Positions 17,464 through 27,857 of a stretch of 64,000 nt of DNA are shown piece after piece. The notes under the pieces were generated by a model that saw only the letters and a program-made list of their open reading frames with translations, had not been told where the DNA came from and made no database searches. The translations under genes were made by a program, and so were the position numbers. Within the stretch, counting starts at the first letter, position 1, and each line of letters begins with the position of its first letter. Where the stretch lies: the sequence record MK373794.1; one strand, given 5' to 3'. The stretch comes from Escherichia phage vB_EcoS_HdK1.

Positions 17464-18645
17464 ATGGCTGAAGGTTCACGTTATAGTAGCTATTACATCA
17501 AAGAACAGACCTCCGGTGTCACTCCGTCTAGCGGAACTCTGAAGGTCTTTCGTGCTACTAAATCGGGTCTTGATATTAAAGTCGCTACTCTGCAATCTGA
17601 AGAAATTCGAGATGACGCGGAAGTGGCGGATTTCCGTCTTGGTGCTCGTCACGTAGAAGGTACAGCAACGGGTGAATTGTCTTATGAGACATTTGACGAC
17701 CTGTTGGGTGGTGCATTACGTGGTACGTTTGCGGGAGAAGCGTTGACCGCAAGTATCGAGCGCCAATCTTTTACCTTTATTGACTATAACGCAGATATTC
17801 CGGATTTCCCGTATACCATCTATCGTGGTTGTGAAGTTAACAGTCTTGCAATTACTGTAAGTGCTGAAGCTATCACCAGCGTGGAATTCGGTATCGTTGG
17901 TCGTACAATGGAACAGGCTGCTACCCTGCCGTCTGGTCTAAGTAAAGGTACTCGTACGACTACGTCACCTATGGATGGCTTCTCTGGTAAGCTAACTATG
18001 GGCGATGTGTCTGTTGATGTTATCACTGAGATGGCTATTAACATTGAGAACGGCATCGAGCCTCGTTTCGTTGTTGGTTCCAAGTTCTCTATCAAGCCAA
18101 GCTCTAAACGTCGTCAGATCAGTGGTACACTGACCGCCTACTACGAAGATAACAAACTGCGTAGTAAATTCCTGAACGAACAGGAAAGCGACCTAACTAT
18201 CGACATCCTGGACGGAACTACTGGTGCTGGTTATCGTTTCAGTATGCCTCGTATCAAGATTACGGAAGCTCCGCGTCCGATCGATGGTGAAGGCGATATC
18301 ATGCTGAACATGAGTTATACTGGTCTGTTGGACCAAGACGAAGGTTACAGCATTCGTATTACTAAACTTCCTCCGATGTCTTTCACGACCGATCTTACAG
18401 GAAACAAGACTATCACTAAAGGACAAACACTAACCCTTTCAGTTGTGGTCAAAGGTGGCGAAGAACCTTATACCTATGTATGGAAGAAAGGTGGTGTTGT
18501 TATTCCGGAAGCTAAACAAGCGACATACACTAAATCTAACGCACAAGAGGTGGATGCCGGTCAGTATGTATGTGAAGTAACAGATTCACATGGTCGTACT
18601 ATACCGAGCACACCTTGCCTTGTTGCTGTTAATCCTGGTGAGTGA
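17464..18645 (+). CDS. major tail protein with C-terminal Ig-like domain
   Basis: 393 aa; C-terminal segment TLTLSVVVKGGEEPYTYVWKKGGVVIPEAKQATYTKSNAQEVDAGQYVCEVTD resembles an Ig-like (Big_2-type) domain as in lambda gpV. Confidence 0.7.
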   Translation: MAEGSRYSSYYIKEQTSGVTPSSGTLKVFRATKSGLDIKVATLQSEEIRDDAEVADFRLGARHVEGTATGELSYETFDDLLGGALRGTFAGEALTASIERQSFTFIDYNADIPDFPYTIYRGCEVNSLAITVSAEAITSVEFGIVGRTMEQAATLPSGLSKGTRTTTSPMDGFSGKLTMGDVSVDVITEMAINIENGIEPRFVVGSKFSIKPSSKRRQISGTLTAYYEDNKLRSKFLNEQESDLTIDILDGTTGAGYRFSMPRIKITEAPRPIDGEGDIMLNMSYTGLLDQDEGYSIRITKLPPMSFTTDLTGNKTITKGQTLTLSVVVKGGEEPYTYVWKKGGVVIPEAKQATYTKSNAQEVDAGQYVCEVTDSHGRTIPSTPCLVAVNPGE

Positions 18646-18651
18646 TTGGAA

Positions 18652-18677
18652 CGGGGTGCAAACCCCGTTTTATTAAG
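18652..18677 (+). terminator. terminator-like hairpin after the major tail gene
   Basis: acgggg tgcaaa ccccgt stem-loop followed by TTTTATT. Confidence 0.4.
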
Positions 18678-18685
18678 GAACGATT

Positions 18686-19114
18686 ATGTCTTCAGAAAAC
18701 AAACAAGTATCCACTGAAGTTGCAAAGAAAGCTGTTGGTACATCTTTCCGTGACTTTAACTTGAAAAAGAAATTAGAGAACGCTCCGCTGCTGCATTACC
18801 CGCTTGTTTTTCCAGGACAGGGCGATACAGGTCACTGGTTGAAAATTCGCAACCGCCACAGCGAAGAATTTCGTCAAGCAGATTTAAAAGCACAACGTCA
18901 GATCAGTGCGCTTGTCGTTGCCAACGGATCTTTTGAAAAGATTGATAAGGACATGCTCGACGATATCAATATGCGAGCGTTCTGTAAGTTGGTTGCTTCG
19001 TGGAGCTTCGAAGAAGAATGCAACGAAGACAATCTTCTTGAATTCTTTGATAATAACCCGTTTGCGTATGACGACATCAACCGTCTGGCAGCGCAAGATT
19101 CCCTTTTTTTCTAA
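18686..19114 (+). CDS. tail assembly chaperone (G-like)
   Basis: 142 aa directly upstream of the tape measure gene, ending in a T-run slippery site. Confidence 0.65.
   Translation: MSSENKQVSTEVAKKAVGTSFRDFNLKKKLENAPLLHYPLVFPGQGDTGHWLKIRNRHSEEFRQADLKAQRQISALVVANGSFEKIDKDMLDDINMRAFCKLVASWSFEEECNEDNLLEFFDNNPFAYDDINRLAAQDSLFF
19104..19110 (+). promoter_or_regulatory. slippery heptamer T_TTT_TTC for programmed -1 ribosomal frameshift
   Basis: Run of seven T then C at 19104..19111, 1 codon before the chaperone stop; the -1 frame is open from 19072 to 19506. Confidence 0.5.
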
Positions 19115-19506
19115 GATCCCGCGAAAAGCTAATTGATCACTTACTGCTCGAATGGCAATTGCACAGTTGCCCGCCGGGCAGTAAGACTCCAACAATTAAA
19201 CATCTCCAGCACGTTAAAAAAGTCACTGGTAAGACTCCCTCCTTACTAGCAAAGTACGAATCCAGCTCCGTACCACACGAACTCAGATACATTTACAAGT
19301 TATTTCTTGACTTTTATAATGGTGATAAATTCAGTTACAGCGAATTTAACGCCTGGCAAGATTATATAGGTGTAGAACTTGATTTCAGAGAGCGTGAACT
19401 AATTCGGGCCAGATTTGTCTTGAACGGCAAGCATTTGATATTAGGCGTCAACAAGAACTTATGCAACACGCTCAGACCAATAATAAAGGAGGTAAATAAT
19501 GGCTGA
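19108..19506 (+). CDS. tail assembly chaperone frameshift extension (G-T-like product)
   Basis: -1 frame relative to 18686..19114, open across the slippery site to 19506; ORF-track portion 19159..19506. Confidence 0.6.
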   Translation, partial: FLRSREKLIDHLLLEWQLHSCPPGSKTPTIKHLQHVKKVTGKTPSLLAKYESSSVPHELRYIYKLFLDFYNGDKFSYSEFNAWQDYIGVELDFRERELIRARFVLNGKHLILGVNKNLCNTLRPIIKEVNNG

Positions 19507-20335
19507 TGCAGCTGACATCGTCATTAGAGTCCGTGCTGAAGGTATTCAGAATGCTGAAACAGCACTGCGACGCTTGCAAGCGGCAGGTGTAAGAGTTGAG
19601 ACTGTCAGCTCGCGTATGGAGAATGGTTTTCACCGTGCGGCTACAAGTGCTGACGCGTTCCATCATGCCATTAGTGCAATCTATACGGTAATGACTGTAA
19701 CCACACTGACATCCTACGTCGGTGGGCTTGCTAAGTTATCGGATGCGTGGCTGGACGTTACTAACAAACTGGCTAACGCCAACTCTGCAAACGAGCAGAT
19801 GGTTGATATTCAAGAGCGAGTATTTGGTATCGCTCAAAGAACTCGTACGAGCCTGGAAGCTACGTCAACTCTTTATGCTCGTATGGAACGTTCACTGAAC
19901 CAGTACGGTGTGACTGGTAAACAGGTCGCTCAGATCACTGAAACAATTAACAAGGCAATGATTGTTTCTGGTGCAACCACTGCGGAATCCACTGCTGCTA
20001 TTATCCAGTTCTCACAGGGTCTGCAATCTGGTGTGTTACGTGGGGACGAATTCCGTTCTGTAATGGAACAAGCTCCTCGTCTTGGTAAGATGATTGCAGA
20101 TGGTCTTGGTGTTGGTACTGCTGGTCTACGCCAGATGGCTAACACTGGACAATTAACCGCTGATGTTGTTATTAACTCCATCTCTAAAGCTGCATCAACT
20201 ATTGACGATGAGTTTAATCGTACAATACCAACGTTCTCTCAGCGAATGGAGATTGCGAATAACAACTTAATTAAATTCGCGGGGAACGTCAACCTCGGTA
20301 CAAACTGTGGTCAATTCAATGGGTGCTGTCATTGA
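19499..20335 (+). CDS. tape measure protein, fragment 1 of 3
   Basis: TMP-like N-terminus; ORF ends at 20335 but protein-like sequence continues in the +1 frame from about 20271. Confidence 0.8.
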   Translation: MADAADIVIRVRAEGIQNAETALRRLQAAGVRVETVSSRMENGFHRAATSADAFHHAISAIYTVMTVTTLTSYVGGLAKLSDAWLDVTNKLANANSANEQMVDIQERVFGIAQRTRTSLEATSTLYARMERSLNQYGVTGKQVAQITETINKAMIVSGATTAESTAAIIQFSQGLQSGVLRGDEFRSVMEQAPRLGKMIADGLGVGTAGLRQMANTGQLTADVVINSISKAASTIDDEFNRTIPTFSQRMEIANNNLIKFAGNVNLGTNCGQFNGCCH

Positions 20336-21458
20336 AACTGCTACAGACCACCTCACCTTGCTGTCTAATGTCGCAATCGGTGTTGCTGCTATTGTTGGCG
20401 GTCGAATGATTACTGCACTGGCTGCACAGATTGCGGCATTCATAAAGCTCAACGCGATACAAGCAAGTAGCTCGGCCATAAACATTAAGACTATTGATGG
20501 TATCACAAGATCCGCAGTAGCTCGATATAATGAAGCACAAGCAACGTTAGCACAGGTTGCAGCCGAGCGCACCAAGATTCAGGCAGCATTGCAAGCCAAC
20601 CAAACGTATTATAAAGGTATAGCGACACTCAACGCATACATGCAGAATACGCGGCAGGTGCGCGAAGCTACGGAAGCGGTTGCTATTGCCCAGACTACCA
20701 TGCAGGCGCGTATGTCTGCCGCGACCGTAGCGTCCCGTGTGCTTACTGTCACCATGACAGGACTGCGGACGGTAATGGGCTTGATGGGTGGACCTGTAGG
20801 TGTGGTCACATTGGCTGCTGCCGCATGGTTCATGTGGAGTCAAAATAGCAAACAAGCTGTCCAGGATGCACAGAACCTTGCTTCCTCCCAAGAAGATTTA
20901 AAGAACAAGTTAAAAGAAACAACTCTTGAACAGCAACGAGCTCTTAGTGTTCAGTTGCAACGTGCCGCTATTACGTTGGACGAACAGATTGCCTCTGAAA
21001 ACAGGGAGTTGGCTGAATTAAAGAACCGTCTTAGCACAGTAACGCGCTATCAAGCTGAAGCAACTGAAGGAACAAGCGAGTATAACCGACTCACTAAAGA
21101 CCGTAAGGAATTAGAAGGTGATGTCGCTATTAAGATTGGTGAAATATCCACTCTTGAGCAAAAAGCACAACAGATTAAATCTAATTTAACGACTGTACTG
21201 AACAATTTAACTGCTGCTGTAATGGGTCACACCGATGCACTCAAAGCAGAAAACGAGCAGTTATCTATTAATATCAGTTCTGCTGCCGGTCGTTCGAAGG
21301 AGCTAGTTAGTGCAATCCAAGCTCAGAATAATGAGCTCGATGTTGCTCAATTGAAGATGTCTGGTCATGCACGACAAGCAAGCATCTTAAAAGATGCTCA
21401 GACAGCTCTTGGTAAGAAGTATAAAGAAAACGAATCGTTCATCCAAGAATTATATTAG
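20307..21458 (+). CDS. tape measure protein, fragment 2 of 3
   Basis: Hydrophobic and coiled-coil segments typical of TMP; second frame break near 21400..21458. Confidence 0.8.
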   Translation: MVNSMGAVIETATDHLTLLSNVAIGVAAIVGGRMITALAAQIAAFIKLNAIQASSSAINIKTIDGITRSAVARYNEAQATLAQVAAERTKIQAALQANQTYYKGIATLNAYMQNTRQVREATEAVAIAQTTMQARMSAATVASRVLTVTMTGLRTVMGLMGGPVGVVTLAAAAWFMWSQNSKQAVQDAQNLASSQEDLKNKLKETTLEQQRALSVQLQRAAITLDEQIASENRELAELKNRLSTVTRYQAEATEGTSEYNRLTKDRKELEGDVAIKIGEISTLEQKAQQIKSNLTTVLNNLTAAVMGHTDALKAENEQLSINISSAAGRSKELVSAIQAQNNELDVAQLKMSGHARQASILKDAQTALGKKYKENESFIQELY

Positions 21459-22761
21459 CGGTCACGCTGACGCAACTGCTGTATTAACGGATGAGCAACG
21501 AGGACTGGTTGAATTTATCAACTTGTCTGGAAAGAACTATGACGCTCAGAAGAAGATCCATGAACAGCAAGAAAAAGAACGTCAGAGTAAGAAAGACAAT
21601 AAAGCTGCCATACGCTATGCTGAACAATGGGATAAAGCATATGAACGCGTAGAAGCGCGTGGTGCTACTGGTTTACAGCGTCTTAACTTACAGCAAGAAG
21701 CTGAAGTTCGTGCTATTCGTGATAAAGCTGAACGAGCTAAAGCATCTGAAGAAGAATTACAGAATGCCTTACTGGCTATTCAACGTAAGTACGATCTGAA
21801 ACGTGCAGAACTGGCAGAGCAGTACAAGCCAGGCGTTGCAATGGTGCGTGCGTACAAAGAAGCCCAGCAAGAAATAAATCAGTTGCTTGAAGCTGGTTTA
21901 TTGACAGAGCAACAGGCATATACGGCTAGATTGAATTTGCAGGCGGATTATTATACAAAACGTGCGCAAATGCAATCTGAATTGAACCCCGCTGGACAAG
22001 CTGCTGATCAAGAAGCTGCTGAACTTGCAACACTTAAATCCCAGTATGAAACAGCGATTGAATTAGCTACTGGTAAGGAAGAGCAACTAACCGCTATCAA
22101 AGAGAACTATGAGCGCATACGACACGACATTCAGTTGAAGTACGCTCAGAAGCAGATGCTCGCACAGAACCAGACGGCAATGGCTTACATTGAAAGTCTG
22201 AGCTCTATGGCTGGATCAATGACCACAATTATGGCGGCTGCTGGCGATGATGCTAGTGGTGCTTACAGGGTTATGTTCGCACTGTCTAAATCGTTCAGTA
22301 TTGCTCAGTCGATGTTAAGTATTACTACCGCACTGTCGCAGGTGTTAGCAGATCCGACAGCATTGACACCGATGCAAAAGATGGCCAACTACGCGACTAT
22401 TGCAGCCGCTGGTGCTAACATTATTTCGACATTATCCAGTGTCGCCCTTACTGGTATGGCTCACGATGGTATAGCCAACGTTCCAGAAGAGGGTACGTGG
22501 CTTCTGAATAAAGGTGAACGAGTTCTTAGTCCCCAACAGAACGCGGACTTTACTAACTTTATGAAGGGTCAATCAAATACTGGCAATAATTCGGGTGGGG
22601 GTGTTATCATTAACCAGAACTTTAACATCCAGGGTAATGGTGATGCAGCTTTGAAAAGCGCAGTTCAACAAGCTGCGAGAGATGGCGCCCAGCAAGGTTA
22701 TAACATGGTACTCCAAGACTTTGCTAACCGTGGATCAATTAGAAAATTAGCGTTGGGGTAA
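21394..22761 (+). CDS. tape measure protein, fragment 3 of 3
   Basis: Coiled-coil rich; the three fragments total about 1,090 aa. Confidence 0.8.
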   Translation: MLRQLLVRSIKKTNRSSKNYISGHADATAVLTDEQRGLVEFINLSGKNYDAQKKIHEQQEKERQSKKDNKAAIRYAEQWDKAYERVEARGATGLQRLNLQQEAEVRAIRDKAERAKASEEELQNALLAIQRKYDLKRAELAEQYKPGVAMVRAYKEAQQEINQLLEAGLLTEQQAYTARLNLQADYYTKRAQMQSELNPAGQAADQEAAELATLKSQYETAIELATGKEEQLTAIKENYERIRHDIQLKYAQKQMLAQNQTAMAYIESLSSMAGSMTTIMAAAGDDASGAYRVMFALSKSFSIAQSMLSITTALSQVLADPTALTPMQKMANYATIAAAGANIISTLSSVALTGMAHDGIANVPEEGTWLLNKGERVLSPQQNADFTNFMKGQSNTGNNSGGGVIINQNFNIQGNGDAALKSAVQQAARDGAQQGYNMVLQDFANRGSIRKLALG

Positions 22762-22763
22762 AG

Positions 22764-23354
22764 ATGGCGATATTAACCTGGCCTGAAGCCTTAAGACCTT
22801 CTACGATGGACTGGGATCTCGTATCTAACTCTGTAAAATTTACAAGCCCCTTCAACGGGGCTTCACAGGTTGTAGGATATCCAGGATCACGTTGGAAGGC
22901 GAGTCTTAAATTTAATAACTTGGACGATTGGGAATCCAGAAAGCTGGAAGTCCTTATCGCTAAGTTGGACGGCATGGTTGGCATGATAAAGTTACACGAC
23001 TTCGGTAGATGGGGACGTCCACCAGTTGGGACACCTGTGGTCAAAGGAGCAAATAATACCGGGACACAGATACAGTCAAGAGGTTGGCTCGCTAAACGCC
23101 TTGTTCTACAAGAAGGTGATTACATTACTGTCAACAACGAACTCAAACTTGTTACGGAAGATGTATGGAGCGACGCGAGTGGCCTTGCTACGGTGTACTT
23201 TGCACCTATGTTAAGAAATGTCCCACCTGACGGAGCTAAGATAGAGACTGAAAACCCATTTGGATTGTTTCGTTTATCCGATAACACAAATGGCGTGTCC
23301 CGTCAACCTGCATTCAATAACTCGTTCACGTTAGAGTTTGAGGAGACTTTTTAA
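22764..23354 (+). CDS. minor tail protein (putative)
   Basis: First gene after the tape measure gene; position only. Confidence 0.5.
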   Translation: MAILTWPEALRPSTMDWDLVSNSVKFTSPFNGASQVVGYPGSRWKASLKFNNLDDWESRKLEVLIAKLDGMVGMIKLHDFGRWGRPPVGTPVVKGANNTGTQIQSRGWLAKRLVLQEGDYITVNNELKLVTEDVWSDASGLATVYFAPMLRNVPPDGAKIETENPFGLFRLSDNTNGVSRQPAFNNSFTLEFEETF

Positions 23355-23939
23355 ATGATATTTAGTCCGTTCAGTGACTCTTTATTGGACTCTATGGAAC
23401 AACCTAGCGTCACGATGATAATTGCAGTTGCAATTTATTTTGATTCAGGAACAACGAGAGTCCATTCTGGTACTGGAGTATTATCCATTGATGGCCAGAC
23501 ATTCGTTGGTGTCGGTAATCTTGGTGATGTAGGTGGTGTCACGGAAGAGAATACTACCAGTGCAAGTACGATGTCTCTTACATTAAGTGGACTTGATATG
23601 ACACTTGTTGGGCAGACACTCAATGAAAACTGCGTAGGACGCGATGTGAAATGTTATATCGCTACTATGGATGAAAGAGGGCAAGTGACTAACGCTAACG
23701 TCCTTTTTGAAGGTTTTATTAGTGATACTGCAATGCAAGCTGGCACAACAAACGCTATCACATATACGGTGTCAAATATATTTGAAAAGTGGTCTTCCGG
23801 TATACCGGATCGTTATACGGATGAAAGCCAACAGCGATTACATCCAGGAGACCGCTTCTTTAGATATGTTGCACAGATGGCGGAGCGTTCAATTTATTGG
23901 GGAAGTAAAAAAGATGCACCAGGATTCAACTACAATTAA
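23355..23939 (+). CDS. minor tail protein (putative)
   Basis: Second gene after the tape measure gene; position only. Confidence 0.5.
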   Translation: MIFSPFSDSLLDSMEQPSVTMIIAVAIYFDSGTTRVHSGTGVLSIDGQTFVGVGNLGDVGGVTEENTTSASTMSLTLSGLDMTLVGQTLNENCVGRDVKCYIATMDERGQVTNANVLFEGFISDTAMQAGTTNAITYTVSNIFEKWSSGIPDRYTDESQQRLHPGDRFFRYVAQMAERSIYWGSKKDAPGFNYN

Positions 23940-24348
23940 GATTCCAGGTTGGCAGACACGCTTGCTAACCACAGTTAACTCCCTCAAAGAAGTTCCTTTC
24001 CAATGGGGTCAAAATGATTGCTGCATCTTTGCTGCTAAGTGTATTGATGCTCAATATGGTACAAAGATTGCGGATGAAGTTATCGGTCAATATGACTCCG
24101 AGATTAGCTGTAAACGCTTTATGCTAAAACGAGTCAAAGACACATCCTTAGCAATGGTTCTGGACTCATTCTTACCAGTTCGTGTAGACAGAAAGTTTGC
24201 TCAACGCGGTGACGTAGTGACATTTAACGGGGATCTTGGCTTAACTGCTGGGGTACTGTGGACAGGTTGCATCTGGGCGATGGGCCCGAATGGTGTTGTT
24301 ACCTTTAAACTGGCGGACGTCGAAATCACAGACGCGTGGAGGGTGTAA
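23914..24348 (+). CDS. tail assembly protein (putative, Cys-containing)
   Basis: ATG at 23914; motif GQNDCCIF; position before the J-like gene (ORF-track version 23707..24348). Confidence 0.4.
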   Translation: MHQDSTTIKIPGWQTRLLTTVNSLKEVPFQWGQNDCCIFAAKCIDAQYGTKIADEVIGQYDSEISCKRFMLKRVKDTSLAMVLDSFLPVRVDRKFAQRGDVVTFNGDLGLTAGVLWTGCIWAMGPNGVVTFKLADVEITDAWRV

Positions 24349-27300
24349 ATGCCACCAGCAATAATTGGAGCTGTAGTTGCTATCGGGGCAGCGGCTGGCG
24401 CAGCGGCAGGTATTATCACAGCCACTACCGCGCTTGTGATTGGTATTGCTGCCAGTGCTGCTGGAGCTCTACTTACAAAAACTCAGAGCTATAACTTTGA
24501 CTCCTATACACCTCAGAGCGAGCGTAAACAGGTTATTCGTGCCGCCGCTGCATCTAGAACTGTGATTTATGGGACAACTGTGTCTAGTGGTGTTCTTGTA
24601 TTTGCAGAAGAAGAACCAGGAGTACAAGATCCAGATAAACACGGTGAGAACTACGAGAAGTTGACTCTTGTATTGGCGTTAGCCGGACACGAACTGACAG
24701 AAGTAGGACAAGTGTGGTTAGGGGACGATCCAATAGGTACTTATGCTGGAAACGCATCCTATAAGGTATACAACAACCCTACTACGGTCAGTCAAGACAT
24801 GTTAAATCGTTGCCCATCATGGAAAAGGGACATGATTGGTAAAGGTATCTGCTGGATGCAATTGAATCTAGTATATGATTCACAGAAGTTTCCAGCTGGG
24901 CTTCCTAATGTCAAATGTGTTAAGAAGGGGAGAAAAGTTCTAGACCCTAGAACTGGTCAGATGGTGTTTAGCAATAATGCCGCCCTTGTGATTTTGGACT
25001 ATCTTCGAGTGTATCTTAAACGCGGAGACGATTCAATTCTTTGGGACCAGTTCAAAGAGGCCGCTAACATATGTGATGAAAGAGTTAAGAACGCGGATGA
25101 CACGTTTGAATCCCGGTATACTATCAACGGGGAATTTGACATGGATGAAGCACCTTCCAAGATCCTGGAAGACATGCTTGACGCTTGCGGTGGGGAGTTG
25201 ACTTATATCGGCGGTAAGCATGGTATCCTAGTAGGTGCATATTACGGGCCTCCTGAATTAACTCTGGATACGAGTTGCATTGCTGGTGACATTAAAATCA
25301 CACCAGAGACAGCTTTTAAAGATCGAACTAATACAATCACAGGTACTTACATCGATCCTCTGCAAAACTATCAAGAAGCAGACTTCCCGTCTGTAAGTGT
25401 TTCTGAATGGGTACAACAAGACGGTCAAGAGATTACACAAGACGTCGATTATCGTTTTGTCACAAGCCCATATCAGGCTCAACGTCTAGCTAACTTGACG
25501 TTGAAACGCAAACGTATTGGTCGTTCCATCGAGATACCATGTAACATGCGTGGGTATCGTTTCCGTCCAGGTATGTATGTCTACGTTGACATTCCTAATA
25601 TTGGAATGAACAAAGTAGAGATGCGTGTTATTAAGTGGCAGTTTGATCCGAAAGGTGGTGTCACTGTAACTGTACGTCAAGACTTCCCGGACTTATGGGA
25701 CGATGCAATTGGCAAACCTGTAGAGCGACCAGATCTAGTGGATTTGCCTACTGGTGGCGCTATGCAACCTCAGAACCTACAATATGAAGTCTTACAAATT
25801 AGCGACGTTGTACAGGGTGTTCTGTCGTGGCAAAATATAATGGCTGTAGCCTACAACAACGTAGTAATTAAGAAAGATGGTACTACCGTATTGACGGTGC
25901 AAGTACCGGGCCAGAGCACGCGGATTACGGGGCTTATTCGCGGCGCTTATACAGCACATGTGAAAGCTGTGGCGTATACCGGCGCAACAAGTCCAGAAGC
26001 GTATCTTGAATTCAATATTCAAGCACCTTCCGCTCCTACGTCTGTTGAAGTGACGCAAGGCTACTTCGCAGTAACATTGAAACCAAAATCTGCAGATCTA
26101 GCTAACGTTAGTACACAATATGATTTCTGGACGTCCGGTGAAACAAGATTACCATCCGCCGCTGTAGACGTTGTAGAACGACAGGCCACCCGTGCTGGTA
26201 TGGGCACAACGTGGACTTCAGAGGGGTTGCTTAATGACCACACTTATTACTGGTACGTGCGGGCAATTAATGCTTTTGGTTCTTCTTCATTTGTAGAGGT
26301 GGCTGCAAGATGCTTCACAGATGCTGCTGGCCTTATTCCGCAAATTGACACAGAGTTCAAAGGTACTAACACCTATAAAGAACTTATGGCTGAGATTGGA
26401 AGCGTCAGCGATGGTGTCAAGAGTTATGTGGACGACCAAATTGAAACCTCTGAAGGGCGCTTAACTCAAACAATAGATACAGTGCAACAATCTGTAGTTC
26501 TTGTTGACGGTAAAGTGCAGCAACAAGGCGTCACAATCAATGAACAGGGGCAGTTAATAGATGCTCAAGGTAAGTTAATTGAGACAAACGGCCAACAGAT
26601 TAATGTGGTCAAAGCTACCGTACAGGAAGTCAGTAAGTCCGTTGTGGATCTTGAAGGTAACGTCAACGCTCAGTGGGGTGCCAAGATCCAGGTGGATAGT
26701 AAAGGTCAAAAATACGTTGCCGGTATTCAGTTAGGTATGGAAGGTTCCGGTGGAGCTATCCAATCTTACTTTATGGTCAACGCCAACAACTTTGCTATCT
26801 ATAACCCAACTAACAGCACAGCGGATTTAGCATTTGCAGTTAAAAACGGTCAAGTGTTCATGAAGGCAGCGTTCATTGAGAACGGTTCTATTGATAATGC
26901 TAAGATCGGTAACTATATTCAATCTAACAACTATGTAGCTGGTTCTGCAGGCTGGAAGTTGAATAAAGCTGGGGATGCTGAACTGAATAATGTTGTCGTG
27001 AGGGGTACGGTATATGCCACAAACGGTAGATTCACAGGCGAGATACAAGCAACTAGTGGGACATTTAAAGGTACAGTTGAAGCAAGTAGATTTATCGGGG
27101 ATGTAGTCGCAATCTATACTTTCCCAGATATATTAAGTATAGGTACGGATATTTCCGGTGAGCAATATAAAGTATACACTTATAATGACTCGTCATCCTC
27201 CCCACAAGCAAGATCTGTTGTATTTGATTGTATAGTGAGAACTACAAATACTACAAATGGATATAAATTAAAACTAACATTAGCAGGTCAATATAGGGAA

Positions 27301-27477
27301 TATGTATTCTATCAAACTAATACTATGATTCCTATAAAATTCGGAGTAAGTGGAGTTACAACACGTAGTATACAACTGATTCTGGATACAGATAGGGGTA
27401 GTGGTACACATATAGATATAATAGCACCGACATTAACAATAGGGAGAGCTAGTGGTACTTTCACTGTAAGTGGATAA
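24349..27477 (+). CDS. tail tip / host-specificity protein (J-like) with glycine-zipper N-terminus
   Basis: 1,042 aa; N-terminal hydrophobic Gly/Ala-rich segment; large size and position after the minor tail genes. Confidence 0.65.
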   Translation: MPPAIIGAVVAIGAAAGAAAGIITATTALVIGIAASAAGALLTKTQSYNFDSYTPQSERKQVIRAAAASRTVIYGTTVSSGVLVFAEEEPGVQDPDKHGENYEKLTLVLALAGHELTEVGQVWLGDDPIGTYAGNASYKVYNNPTTVSQDMLNRCPSWKRDMIGKGICWMQLNLVYDSQKFPAGLPNVKCVKKGRKVLDPRTGQMVFSNNAALVILDYLRVYLKRGDDSILWDQFKEAANICDERVKNADDTFESRYTINGEFDMDEAPSKILEDMLDACGGELTYIGGKHGILVGAYYGPPELTLDTSCIAGDIKITPETAFKDRTNTITGTYIDPLQNYQEADFPSVSVSEWVQQDGQEITQDVDYRFVTSPYQAQRLANLTLKRKRIGRSIEIPCNMRGYRFRPGMYVYVDIPNIGMNKVEMRVIKWQFDPKGGVTVTVRQDFPDLWDDAIGKPVERPDLVDLPTGGAMQPQNLQYEVLQISDVVQGVLSWQNIMAVAYNNVVIKKDGTTVLTVQVPGQSTRITGLIRGAYTAHVKAVAYTGATSPEAYLEFNIQAPSAPTSVEVTQGYFAVTLKPKSADLANVSTQYDFWTSGETRLPSAAVDVVERQATRAGMGTTWTSEGLLNDHTYYWYVRAINAFGSSSFVEVAARCFTDAAGLIPQIDTEFKGTNTYKELMAEIGSVSDGVKSYVDDQIETSEGRLTQTIDTVQQSVVLVDGKVQQQGVTINEQGQLIDAQGKLIETNGQQINVVKATVQEVSKSVVDLEGNVNAQWGAKIQVDSKGQKYVAGIQLGMEGSGGAIQSYFMVNANNFAIYNPTNSTADLAFAVKNGQVFMKAAFIENGSIDNAKIGNYIQSNNYVAGSAGWKLNKAGDAELNNVVVRGTVYATNGRFTGEIQATSGTFKGTVEASRFIGDVVAIYTFPDILSIGTDISGEQYKVYTYNDSSSSPQARSVVFDCIVRTTNTTNGYKLKLTLAGQYREYVFYQTNTMIPIKFGVSGVTTRSIQLILDTDRGSGTHIDIIAPTLTIGRASGTFTVSG

Positions 27478-27481
27478 AAAA

Positions 27482-27507
27482 TAGGCGCTCTATCGAGCGC
27501 CTATAAT
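27482..27507. terminator. bidirectional terminator hairpin between convergent genes
   Basis: taggcgctc tat gagcgccta perfect stem; T-rich tracts on both strands (strong T-run on the minus strand). Confidence 0.55.
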
Positions 27508-27798
27508 TTATTTACAACCTTCAGACCAACCAATACGGTTCATAGCCGGTGAGCAATCAGGTTTGACTTTTTTACCTTTCATCCACTCAGCTTTAGCTTT
27601 ACCAGCGGTAGTACCTTCGTAGATGGAAGTCTGGTGCTCAATGTTACTTACTCCACCAGTATGCCCGCCTAATGATGAACCACTACCAGGACCACCAGCT
27701 CCACCATTACCTGGACCACCAGTACCACCGGAAGGACCAGTCGCGTAAGCAAAAGTAGCAGTCATAGAAAGGATAATGGCGCAGATTAAAGTCTTCAT
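27508..27798 (-). CDS. small secreted glycine-rich protein encoded antisense between tail tip and tail fibre genes
   Basis: ATG at 27798 with AAGGAG RBS; signal peptide MKTLICAIILSMTATFAYA; mature part Gly-rich with two C-terminal Cys. Confidence 0.55.
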   Translation of the reverse strand: MKTLICAIILSMTATFAYATGPSGGTGGPGNGGAGGPGSGSSLGGHTGGVSNIEHQTSIYEGTTAGKAKAEWMKGKKVKPDCSPAMNRIGWSEGCK

Positions 27799-27829
27799 TT
27801 CGAACTCCTTTATGTTTGTGTGTAACAAC

Positions 27830-27857
27830 TATATAGGGATATAATTTAAGATGTAAA
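27830..27857 (-). promoter_or_regulatory. sigma70-like promoter candidate for the antisense secreted-protein gene
   Basis: Minus strand reads TTTACA-N16-TATATA about 30 nt upstream of the RBS. Confidence 0.3.
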
